Shown one piece after another: positions 29,103 through 38,293 of a stretch of 64,000 nt of DNA. A program made the position numbers and the translations under genes. The DNA lies in assembly GCA_964594735.1 (NCBI GenBank), contig CAZQMS010000002.1, positions 50,023-114,022 on the forward strand. Reading direction: 5' to 3'. The first letter of the stretch is position 1. Each line of letters starts with the position of its first letter. Below the pieces are notes generated by a model, which was not told the origin of the DNA, made no database searches, and saw only the letters and a list, made by a program, of their open reading frames with translations. This DNA is from an uncultured Candidatus Saccharibacteria bacterium (lineage in GTDB: Bacteria; Patescibacteriota; Minisyncoccia; Phycocordibacterales; UBA2100).

Positions 29103-29671
29103 CACATGGAGAACGACGTATGAAAAACGAATCACATAAAACGAAAAACGAAGTACGAAGTACGAAGTGCGCGAACTCGTATAAGGAGTTCTACATGACG
29201 GGCATTGCAATCTTACTTCTTGCATCGTGCTTCATGCTTCGTCCTTACATTGTCTCGGGTGGTTCTATGGAGCCGACGCTATCCGCAGGCGATGTCGTGA
29301 TAGTTGAAAAGTTGAGTCACCGGTTCGACAAGCTCACGGCAGGCAGATTCGGCATCAGTCGAGGCGACATCTTGGTGCACCGCAATCCGCACCAGAAAGA
29401 GGTGATTGAAGTGAAGCGGGTAGTAGGCATGCCGGGTGAGCTCGTGGAGCTTGGCGAGGATGGGGTGACGGTCACGGATAGCGAGGGAAGAATCACGAAG
29501 TATGAAGCAGGAAGCACGATAGGCGGGACGAACAATGGGGCATTTCGCATCCAGCTTAGTCCCGAAGATTACTTCGTCCTCGGAGACAACCGCAGCAAGA
29601 GTAGCGATGGCAGAGATTTTGGAGCAGTACAGAAGGCAGACATTATCGGCACATTATTAATCACCTTATAA
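29099..29671 (+). CDS. lepB: Type I signal peptidase (S26 family)
   Basis: SGGSMEPTL catalytic Ser box, VHRNP, RVVGMPGE and GDNRSKSSDGR boxes, with an N-terminal TM anchor. ATGA overlap with the LVIVD gene. An alternative start lies at 29192. Confidence 0.85.
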   Translation: MTHGERRMKNESHKTKNEVRSTKCANSYKEFYMTGIAILLLASCFMLRPYIVSGGSMEPTLSAGDVVIVEKLSHRFDKLTAGRFGISRGDILVHRNPHQKEVIEVKRVVGMPGELVELGEDGVTVTDSEGRITKYEAGSTIGGTNNGAFRIQLSPEDYFVLGDNRSKSSDGRDFGAVQKADIIGTLLITL

Positions 29672-29676
29672 ATCGT

Positions 29677-30933
29677 ATGCAAAGAGAAGAAACGGGACGA
29701 AGGGGAGGAAGGGGGCTGCTGGAATTCATCCAGTATCACAACGCCGTGCCGGTGGCACTCGGCATCATCGTCCTCGGTGGTGGCGGAGTCTTTGCAGCGA
29801 CGAATCCGGAAGCCATCTACTCGGCCACAGAAGAAGTCCTCACGGTGGACAACACATACCTCGTAGGGAAAGACCTCACCGGCTACAGCCCGCGCGCGGT
29901 CATCACGGCCGTCCTCGAAGACGAAGAGAACTACAACGTCGAGTACGAATTTCACACCATCGATGTCGAGGGGTACGTGTGGCGCGACGTCGTCAAGAAA
30001 GAGACGATGCAGGTCTCAAAGGTAGATCTCGGACAGTATCGTGACCTCGGTCTCTACGTGACGCAGCAGCTCCGACAAGTGATTGAGCGCGAGGCAGCAC
30101 GCCTCACGAAAACGCAGGAGAACGCGCGCAGCGCGGTGACGCAACTCACGGTCGCCACCACGTACGGCGGACTCATCGGCAAGTTCCTCGACGAGAGCAC
30201 GGAGGTTCTGCCTGGGTACACGCCGGTGGTCGCACCCGCGCAAACCGCCGCTGTTGCAGCCGTATTTGGTCCCGCAGAGGGAGGAGAAGGAGGTACCAAT
30301 CACGAAGGAGGCAGTACGAGCGCGAGCGGGCTCAAGATCGGCCTCCAGCTCCTCGGCAACAATCCCGCACGCATCCCCGTGGGAACGCAGTACGCTGACC
30401 TCGGCGCAGTGCTCGTCGACCCGTACAACACCAACGTGGGCGTCTACCTGTCCATCAATGGTGAAGAGAAAGCTAACTGGACGGGCATCGACACCTCAAC
30501 GACGACGGCACACACAATCGAGTACCGTGCGACAGACCCGAGCGGTGCGGTGATAACCGTGCGTCGCATTGTGCTCGTGGGCGATGCCGCGAATCCTGGC
30601 GGCGAAGTGAGCGAGGCGGGGAATGTGAGGCCGGTGGTACAAACGAACAACAACCAAGACACAACGACCAACAACGAACAAACGACAGATGCCCAAGACG
30701 AGGTGAGTGGGACGCCGTCAAGTGAGACGGAAGCATCCACGTCGACACCGGCCGTAGCCGAGGAGGAGCAAGCAGAGGAAGCGACGGAGGGCGAGGCTGG
30801 AACGACGGAAAGCGAAGTGGGAAGTGCGGAGAATGTGGAAACTCCGACGGAGACGGCAACTACAACAGCAGGCACTTCATCAGATACACATAGCGATAAG
30901 GCGGAGCAAGCGACCACCACACCTGAAAATTGA
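29677..30933 (+). CDS. Membrane-anchored protein with a DUF5011 (Cry22Aa-like Ig) domain and an acidic Thr/Glu-rich C-terminal tail
   Basis: N-terminal TM VPVALGIIVLGGGGVFAA. LLGNNPARIPVGTQYADLGAVLVDP...HTIEYRATDPSGAVITVRRIVLV matches DUF5011. Low-complexity T/E/A tail. Confidence 0.75.
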   Translation: MQREETGRRGGRGLLEFIQYHNAVPVALGIIVLGGGGVFAATNPEAIYSATEEVLTVDNTYLVGKDLTGYSPRAVITAVLEDEENYNVEYEFHTIDVEGYVWRDVVKKETMQVSKVDLGQYRDLGLYVTQQLRQVIEREAARLTKTQENARSAVTQLTVATTYGGLIGKFLDESTEVLPGYTPVVAPAQTAAVAAVFGPAEGGEGGTNHEGGSTSASGLKIGLQLLGNNPARIPVGTQYADLGAVLVDPYNTNVGVYLSINGEEKANWTGIDTSTTTAHTIEYRATDPSGAVITVRRIVLVGDAANPGGEVSEAGNVRPVVQTNNNQDTTTNNEQTTDAQDEVSGTPSSETEASTSTPAVAEEEQAEEATEGEAGTTESEVGSAENVETPTETATTTAGTSSDTHSDKAEQATTTPEN

Positions 30934-33900
30934 CCATGAACGAGTCCTTTATCAGCGCAATTGCACACTTCATCCGCGACGCCGGCGAGATAATCGCTGT
31001 GCGCCTGCTGGAGTGGGTGCGCGGGGTAATGGACACAGCACTTGGCCATGCTAAAGCCGATCTGCAGCAGCATGCACAGAAGGCGGTGAGTGTGGTAAAG
31101 CATGCCGCATCGCAAGCGACTACAGGCGAGCGTATTCCTCTCGCTCTGCCGGAACCAGCGCCGATGCTGCGTCTCTCTGCCGCATCCACGAATGCGCTGG
31201 GCGGGTACATGGCGGCAGTGCTCGGCTTTGCGCTCGTCTTCAACTATGCGCCGGCGGTCTACGAAAAGAGCGCTGCATACGCAGCGTGGGCGGCGCAAGA
31301 AGCACGTTCGCAGACGGCGCTTGTGTCGATGTTTAGTTTGGGGCCAATCTCACAAAAGCCGGCGATAGATCTACAGCAGCTTTTCCGCGCTCCGACGAGT
31401 ACGCCGAGCATGAAGTTGCCCAGGCCTGCACTCGCGCCGAGCAGTACAGGAGCGTCGGTGCAGGCACCGAGCGCAACGACTCCGAGCACTCGCGAGTCGG
31501 TGCAACCGCCCGTCTTCCGCCAGGCCGCGCAGTCGATACAGAATGTGTACAACACCTATCCGGTCGTCGAGCGTATCCGGGAAGAGGTGCGTTACGTGAA
31601 TGTGGGAGCGACGGGCGATATCTCCGACCAGCTCAATGAACTCTACGAGCGCATTCAGCGGCAGATAGGATCACTCAGCACGAACACGAGCGCACAATTC
31701 ACGCAGACGTACCAGGTGGTCTCGCAGAGCCAACGAATCGATCAGCTCGGGAGCGTCGACATCTCCGACTCTGATATCACGGGCGGGACAATAACAGGGA
31801 GCACATTGAGCGACGTATCTTTCGCATCGGGATTCTCTCTCGGTGTGGCGAGTGGCGGCACGGGGACGACCACTGCACCGAGCTATGGGCAGCTGCTCCT
31901 CGGCAACAGTGCGGGCGGCTACGATCTGGTAGCAACGTCGAGTCTCGGTATCACGGGTGGCGGAGGCGCGTCGCTCACCGGCACCACGGGGCAGCTCGCA
32001 TATTTCTCAGGTACCGATACGGCCGTCGGCACCTCGACGCTGTTTATAGCGACGACCGGCGGCATAGGCATAGGCACAACCACGCCAGCTGGTGCACTGC
32101 AGATAACTCATGATCCCAACGATGATAGCGCGCTCGTGCTCGACCAGCTCAACGATTCTACCGCGCTCAACTCCAAGTCGGCTCTCTACATCACCAACAC
32201 CGATCCTACTGAGAGCAACTGGGGCATCATAGGCTTTGGTATCGACCCTCTCGGTTCGCCCGCTGCGAAGATTGGCGTGCAGTTCACCGACCGCGCACAA
32301 AATTTCGGCGACATTGTTTTCGGTACGCGAAATGCCTCCGGCATGAACGAGTGGGTGCGACTCACGAGCGAAGGCAATTTTGGCATCGGGACGAGCAATC
32401 CTGGAGCGAAGCTTGAGGTGGCAGGCGGCGCATCGACGACACGGCTTTCGGTGTTCGATGTAGCCTATTTCGGGGGCAGTGCTACATCTAGCTTCGACTC
32501 GACCGGCTCGCTCTCACTCGCCGCGCCACTCGCCACATCGAGCGGCGGCACCGGCATTAGCTCGTACAGCGTCGGCGACATCCTCTATGTCAACAGCGTC
32601 GGCACACTCGCGAGGCTCGCCGCAGGAAGCGCAGGACAAGTGCTCAAGATATCCGCAGGCGTCCCATCGTGGGGAGCAGACGCGACGGGCGGCGGTGGTG
32701 CAGGTGCATTTGCCACATCATCGGATAATCTCCTCATCTCTCCGACCGACACCGACAATGTGCTCGTCCTCGGCGCAAGCGCGACGAGTACCACCGGAAA
32801 TATTTTCGAGGTCAACGGCGCGTCACTCTTCCGCAGCATCGTGACCGCATACGGCGCAGTCACCGCGCCATACTTTTCTGCGACGAGTTCTACGGCGTCC
32901 ACCTTCACTGGGGGCCTCCTCTCGCTCGCATCTACCACCATCGGCGGCGGCTCGGCGACAACTGGCCTCACTATCTCGGGCGGCGCTACGACGACGGGGA
33001 ATGCATATTTTGGAGGAAATGTAGGTATCGGAGTAAGTCCCGCCTATACACTCGACGTGGCCGGTCGGGGCCGATTTGTCGGCGCCAATGGTGCGGTGGG
33101 CGCTATCGGCGGGGAGGATTATGTACTTTCTCTCCAGAACAACGGCAACAGCAGCTGGCTCGAGATACTCAATCAGGGCGGCGCGGGACAAGGTGTGTTC
33201 TTCGGCGTCTCGGACAACCGCACGGCCAACGCTTTCGAGCTATGGAACTACCAGGCGGGCCCGATAGATTTCTTCACGAGTACTGATGCTTCCGACGGCT
33301 CAAATAGGTTGCGCATTGCCGCCGACGGCAAAGTCGGCATTGGGACGACCTCGCCGTGGGGGAAGCTCTCTGTCGCCGCTGCCGACAACGCGTCTGCCCC
33401 GCAATTCGTGGTTGCATCATCGACATCTGCAAGTTTCGTCGTGACAAGCAGCGGCAACGTGGGGCTTGGTACGGCGAATCCTGACGCACTTTTGACGCTT
33501 GCGGGTGGCTCGATTCATATGGTCTTGGGCGCAAGAAATACATATATCGGCGATGCCGACTTGCTCCCCATCACACCTACGGGCGGTCCTGATGTTGCGG
33601 ATTTCTATATTACTGGCGGGACGAACAATGACTTTTTCATCGCATCGCAAGCGAACGGCACTGGAGAGGGACTGCGCTTCGGCAATGCTTCCGACGCGGG
33701 GGCGACCTTTACTGAATACATGACCATCCTGGGAGCTGGCACGGGAGCAGGCAGAGTCGGCATCGGGACGACGTCGCCAGGCTCGATACTCTCCGTGCAA
33801 GGCGTGGGCAACTTCGTTGCAAGCGCGACGAGCACGTTCTACAACGGACTCTCGCTCGTCGGTTCGCTCAATGTCGGCGGCTCGGCCACAAGCACCTTCG

Positions 33901-36900
33901 CGCAAGGTATCAACCTGTCAGGTGGATGCTTCTCAATAAATGGTACGTGCGTCGGAGGGAGTTCCGTTTCATCGCTCAACAATCTTTCTGATGCTGCTTC
34001 CGATAGCGACACGCTCTATCTCGGTACCAATGTCGGGGGTGACCCCAGCTTTTCTGGCGACGTGGTAGTTGGACCGGGGGCATTGAGCGCTTCTAGCGAA
34101 TCAAGCGGAAACGCTATTTTGGGATACCAGGCGGCGTCTGCAGGCAGTGCAATCCATCAGTTGTCCGTGCTCGGCTACGATGCATTTAGAAATATTAATA
34201 GCACAACGGGCGGCGTGGCGATCGGTCTGAATGCTGGGTACGGCGAGTCCGGGCTCTACAGCGCAAGCGGCTTGGTACTAGTGGGCTACCAAGCGGGGTA
34301 CAAGTTGCAGACTGGCGCCAACGAGAATACGCTCATCGGCCAAAATTCGGGGTACGAGCTTACGACAGGCTTGGGCAACGTTCTCATCGGTTCGTCCAAT
34401 TCGGTAGCATCGCGCGAGCAGGTAACCACTGGCAATCGCAATATCGCTATCGGTTATCGGGTAGCGTTGCCAAGCCAAACCGCAAACTACCAGCTCAACA
34501 TCGGCAATCTCATATATGGCACGGGGCTCGATGGTACGGACTACACCGTCTCCACTGGCAACGTCGGCATCGGGACGACGACGCCGTACAGCAAGCTCAC
34601 CGTGTGGGGCGGCAGCACCGGAAATATATTTGAGGCGGTCACGAGTGCGTCGACGACCGCGCTTCGCATCGCGGCAGATGGATTCGCGACGACGACACTG
34701 AGCGGCCTCAACATCTCCGGCAGCGCGACGTCCACGTCCAATGTAGGCTTCAATCTCTCCGGCGGATGCTTCGCAATCAATGGCACGTGTGTCGGGGGAG
34801 GCAGTGGCGGCGTCGCGCTAGGCGATGAAAATACCTGGACGGCGCTCCAGACATTCCAGCTCGGACTATTGTCGCAAGCGTCTTCGACCATCGGTGGCGG
34901 TACTGCTACAACAGGTCTCACCATTTCAGGTACCGGTACAACTACCGGCGCTCACTACGTGGGCGGCGGGCTCACCGTCAATAGCTCTACTGGCAGTTCG
35001 TTCTTGGGAACAGGGGACGTGTATCTCGGAAGTGGGACGCTCGTACAAGGTTTGGGTGGCGCACCCGACCTTTCTGTCGAGGGTTATATCAACACGAATG
35101 CCGGGATTAACACTGGTGGCGATGTGCGAATCGGTGGTAGTAGCGCGTCGATCTGGACTGCGCTCGGCGGTTCCGCTGACTTGGGAGTACAAGGTTGGAT
35201 AAATGCGAATACAGGACTTCAAACTGCGCAGGGTAGCGCTTCTACCCCTGGCCTGGTGTTTTACTCCACAAACAACACCGGCATATTCGCGACAGATGCA
35301 AATGCGAGCGCCGGCCTCGGATTTTCGACACAGGGTAGTGAAAGATTGCGGATAAGCAACACGGGCAACGTCGGCATCGGGACGACGACCCCGTGGGCGA
35401 AGTTCTCGATTGCCAACTCGACGGGCGACACCGCGGGTCAGGCGCTTTTCACCATCTCCTCCTCGACCGCGAGCGCGACCACAACGCTCTTCCATGTGGC
35501 CAACAGTGGCAAAGTCGGTGTGGGAACGCAGAGCCCGACCGCACTGTTTACAGTGGAGGGGGGAAATATCGGCATTGATGGTAATGCGTCTGCACAGCAA
35601 TTTTTTGGCGCAGGAGGCAATGTTGCTGGTACGAACACCACTGGCGGCGTTATGACTGTATTCGGCCATGCACCGAATACGTATCAGGACGTGTCGACGC
35701 CGCCGCATGATGGGTCGAACTTCGTAGGTGCTGCTGGATTCATTGCACGCGGATTCAGCGAGTCAGCTCAGTATCGCGGGAGTTTGGAGTTTTTCACAAA
35801 GACGGCAAGCGCAGCAAATGCCACGAGCAGGATGGTCATCACCCACGACGGCAACGTCGGCATCGGGGATACGAGCCCGGCGGCTCTCCTGACAGTGGGT
35901 GCGAACGACCTATTCCAAGTTGATTCATCCGGCAATGTGAGCATCCCCCAAGGCCAGTACCTGCGCTTCGCCGGTGCAACTGCAGACCAAGAGCAAATAG
36001 GATCTACTGCCACAGGACAGCTTGATCTCTTCGCGCGCGGAGCCATCAACGTGATTGCCGACACCAACAACAACGATACTGATGCAGATACCAACGCCTT
36101 TACAGTACGTACGAACGCCACGACGGTCGCCGGAGCCACGAGCCTCTTTTCGGTACGGCAAAGCGGCAACGTCGGTGTGGGGGCAACAGAGCCCAGTCAC
36201 AAACTTACCGTCGCCGGCGGATCCAACGGCGCAGCTTCGACGCTGAAAATCCAAAACACATCCGGTGCCGCCGACTCAACCGCCACCCTATTTCTCAACA
36301 CGAGCTCAAGCGCAAGCGACACCACAGTCGGTGCGCAGATCCAATCTATCCGAACGAATACAGGCGGAGGTGGTAGCAACGAGCTTGCCTTCAGCACAAG
36401 CCTCACGACGACCATGACCGAGCACATGCGCATTCTCGCTTCTGGCAATGTCGGCATCGGTACGACGTCGCCACTTACAAAGCTTTCGATCCAGGGTACT
36501 GCGGGCGCCAACGACGTGTTCAATATCGCATCGTCGACCGGTGCGAGCCTGTTATACGTCAATGCGAGCGGCAATGTTGGAGTTGGGACGGCTTCGCCGG
36601 GCGGGAAGCTCCATGTATACAGCGGTGCTGCCGGCGTATCTGCGAACAGTTCGCTCGATGACTTCGTTATTGAGGGCAGTGGCGACACCGGCATGTCAAT
36701 TCTGACGCCCAACAGCAACACTGCGTACTATGGATTCGGCGACCCAGACGATAGCTTTGTGGCGGGGGTGCGGTATCTTCACGCTTCGGACCGGTTGGAC
36801 CTAATCTCAGGCAACTCGACGGGAGTTTCAGTTCTGGGCACAGGTCACGTCGGCATTGGCAATACTGACGCGGTTTCGCTTCTGACCATCACTGCAGATT

Positions 36901-38264
36901 CTGCCGATTCGACAGATGTCGATAAGAACCAACTAACGCTTCGCTCGCGCCGCCAGTCCATATCTAGCTCGGCCACTGCCGCGCTCATCGGCGGTATCAA
37001 CTTTGACACCGACGACACGAGCCTCACGTCGCCAGGAACCACGACCGCGTCGATACGCGTCATTGCGACGAATACACACACGACATCCCAGTACGCCGCC
37101 GCAATGGAGTTCTTTACGTCGACAGGCGTTACACGGACGCGCAACTTCCGCATTGGACCGACGGGCAACATAAGTCTCAACTCATTTGCGTCTGCTACCG
37201 GCAACACCGTCTGCTACGACACGACGTCAGTGTCCGGCATGAACACGTTCGCCACCTGCTCCTCGGATGAGCGGCTCAAGCACGATATCGCGACGCTCCA
37301 GAGTGGCGGGCTTGAGAGGATACTTTCGCTACGTCCGGTGAATTTCGTGGGCAATGACGACGCCTCGGGCAAAATGCGCGCAGGCTTTATCGCGCAGGAA
37401 GTGCTCGGCATAATCCCGGAAGCGATAGGTCAAAACCCCGCCGACGGGTACTACACGCTCGACACCGGCTCGATACTCTCGCACTCGGTGAAGGCGATTC
37501 AGGAACTCAATCTGAAAGTTGAGAGCATCGCATCGACAACATTGGAACTCGCGCCGGAGTCTCTGGGCGCGCGCGTGTTCGCGTCGCTCAAGACGCGTCT
37601 CATCACGTGGTTTGCCGATGCAGCGAGTGGAATCGGCGACTTCTTCGCGAATCGCGTGCGCACCAAAGAGCTCTGCGTGGGTGACGGTAGTGGAGAGACG
37701 TGCATCACGAGAGCGCAGCTCGATGCACTGATAGCGGGCGTTGCGCAGGCTTCATCGAGCGGTGGGGGCGGGGGAGGTGGTCAGAATGAGTCGCCCACCG
37801 AAGATGCACACGATGACCCAGTCGATACAGAAGCTCCAGTGATTACGATTCACGGCAACAATCCGGCGGTGCTCCAAATCGGAGAAGCGTACAGCGACCT
37901 GGGCGCGAGCGTGAGCGACCCTTCGACAGGCTCAGGGCAGGCAAACGAGAACCTGGGAATCAAGGTGAGTGTCAATGGTGGTGAGGAGATTGGACTCGGC
38001 TTGATAGTCATCGACACCTCTCTGCCCGGTGAACACACCATCGAATACCGTGCCACCGACCAAGCGGGCAATGTCGGCACCGCGACGCGTACGGTCTTGG
38101 TAGTCGACCCGAATCCTTCGTCAGACGAATCAGCATCTGTAGAGCCCAATATTGAGCCTCTCGAAGAGGTACCCACGGACGACGATACGGATGTAGAAGA
38201 GGTGGCCAGTACGACCTCATTAGATACACAAAGCGATCAAACGGGGCAAGCGCCATCCAATTGA
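30930..38264 (+). CDS. Giant fibre protein B (2444 aa): N-terminal TM anchor, paralogous stalk and GNVGIGTTTP repeat region, Peptidase S74 intramolecular-chaperone autoprocessing domain, DUF5011 Ig-like domain, acidic tail
   Basis: CSSDERLKHDIATL...LRPVNFVGNDDASGKMRAGFIAQEVLGIIPEAI...YYTLDTGSILSHSVKAIQEL (S74/CIMCD signature). Then PVITIHGNNPAVLQIGEAYSDLGASVSDP...HTIEYRATDQAGNVGTATRTVLV (DUF5011). ATGA overlap with the upstream gene. Confidence 0.85.
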   Translation: MTMNESFISAIAHFIRDAGEIIAVRLLEWVRGVMDTALGHAKADLQQHAQKAVSVVKHAASQATTGERIPLALPEPAPMLRLSAASTNALGGYMAAVLGFALVFNYAPAVYEKSAAYAAWAAQEARSQTALVSMFSLGPISQKPAIDLQQLFRAPTSTPSMKLPRPALAPSSTGASVQAPSATTPSTRESVQPPVFRQAAQSIQNVYNTYPVVERIREEVRYVNVGATGDISDQLNELYERIQRQIGSLSTNTSAQFTQTYQVVSQSQRIDQLGSVDISDSDITGGTITGSTLSDVSFASGFSLGVASGGTGTTTAPSYGQLLLGNSAGGYDLVATSSLGITGGGGASLTGTTGQLAYFSGTDTAVGTSTLFIATTGGIGIGTTTPAGALQITHDPNDDSALVLDQLNDSTALNSKSALYITNTDPTESNWGIIGFGIDPLGSPAAKIGVQFTDRAQNFGDIVFGTRNASGMNEWVRLTSEGNFGIGTSNPGAKLEVAGGASTTRLSVFDVAYFGGSATSSFDSTGSLSLAAPLATSSGGTGISSYSVGDILYVNSVGTLARLAAGSAGQVLKISAGVPSWGADATGGGGAGAFATSSDNLLISPTDTDNVLVLGASATSTTGNIFEVNGASLFRSIVTAYGAVTAPYFSATSSTASTFTGGLLSLASTTIGGGSATTGLTISGGATTTGNAYFGGNVGIGVSPAYTLDVAGRGRFVGANGAVGAIGGEDYVLSLQNNGNSSWLEILNQGGAGQGVFFGVSDNRTANAFELWNYQAGPIDFFTSTDASDGSNRLRIAADGKVGIGTTSPWGKLSVAAADNASAPQFVVASSTSASFVVTSSGNVGLGTANPDALLTLAGGSIHMVLGARNTYIGDADLLPITPTGGPDVADFYITGGTNNDFFIASQANGTGEGLRFGNASDAGATFTEYMTILGAGTGAGRVGIGTTSPGSILSVQGVGNFVASATSTFYNGLSLVGSLNVGGSATSTFAQGINLSGGCFSINGTCVGGSSVSSLNNLSDAASDSDTLYLGTNVGGDPSFSGDVVVGPGALSASSESSGNAILGYQAASAGSAIHQLSVLGYDAFRNINSTTGGVAIGLNAGYGESGLYSASGLVLVGYQAGYKLQTGANENTLIGQNSGYELTTGLGNVLIGSSNSVASREQVTTGNRNIAIGYRVALPSQTANYQLNIGNLIYGTGLDGTDYTVSTGNVGIGTTTPYSKLTVWGGSTGNIFEAVTSASTTALRIAADGFATTTLSGLNISGSATSTSNVGFNLSGGCFAINGTCVGGGSGGVALGDENTWTALQTFQLGLLSQASSTIGGGTATTGLTISGTGTTTGAHYVGGGLTVNSSTGSSFLGTGDVYLGSGTLVQGLGGAPDLSVEGYINTNAGINTGGDVRIGGSSASIWTALGGSADLGVQGWINANTGLQTAQGSASTPGLVFYSTNNTGIFATDANASAGLGFSTQGSERLRISNTGNVGIGTTTPWAKFSIANSTGDTAGQALFTISSSTASATTTLFHVANSGKVGVGTQSPTALFTVEGGNIGIDGNASAQQFFGAGGNVAGTNTTGGVMTVFGHAPNTYQDVSTPPHDGSNFVGAAGFIARGFSESAQYRGSLEFFTKTASAANATSRMVITHDGNVGIGDTSPAALLTVGANDLFQVDSSGNVSIPQGQYLRFAGATADQEQIGSTATGQLDLFARGAINVIADTNNNDTDADTNAFTVRTNATTVAGATSLFSVRQSGNVGVGATEPSHKLTVAGGSNGAASTLKIQNTSGAADSTATLFLNTSSSASDTTVGAQIQSIRTNTGGGGSNELAFSTSLTTTMTEHMRILASGNVGIGTTSPLTKLSIQGTAGANDVFNIASSTGASLLYVNASGNVGVGTASPGGKLHVYSGAAGVSANSSLDDFVIEGSGDTGMSILTPNSNTAYYGFGDPDDSFVAGVRYLHASDRLDLISGNSTGVSVLGTGHVGIGNTDAVSLLTITADSADSTDVDKNQLTLRSRRQSISSSATAALIGGINFDTDDTSLTSPGTTTASIRVIATNTHTTSQYAAAMEFFTSTGVTRTRNFRIGPTGNISLNSFASATGNTVCYDTTSVSGMNTFATCSSDERLKHDIATLQSGGLERILSLRPVNFVGNDDASGKMRAGFIAQEVLGIIPEAIGQNPADGYYTLDTGSILSHSVKAIQELNLKVESIASTTLELAPESLGARVFASLKTRLITWFADAASGIGDFFANRVRTKELCVGDGSGETCITRAQLDALIAGVAQASSSGGGGGGGQNESPTEDAHDDPVDTEAPVITIHGNNPAVLQIGEAYSDLGASVSDPSTGSGQANENLGIKVSVNGGEEIGLGLIVIDTSLPGEHTIEYRATDQAGNVGTATRTVLVVDPNPSSDESASVEPNIEPLEEVPTDDDTDVEEVASTTSLDTQSDQTGQAPSN
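37850..38100 (+). repeat. ~250-bp near-identical segment shared with 42110-42365 (DUF5011-coding region of giant proteins B and C)
   Basis: Direct comparison shows long identical runs, e.g. agcgtgagcgacccttcgacaggctcag...gcaaacgagaacctgggaatcaaggtgagtgtcaatggtggtgaggag... and ...atagtcatcgacacctctct...gaacacaccatcgaataccgtgccaccgaccaagcgggcaatgtcggcaccgcgacgcgtacggtc. Confidence 0.8.
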
Positions 38265-38293
38265 TATGAACAGCTCGATTTTCTCACACATCT

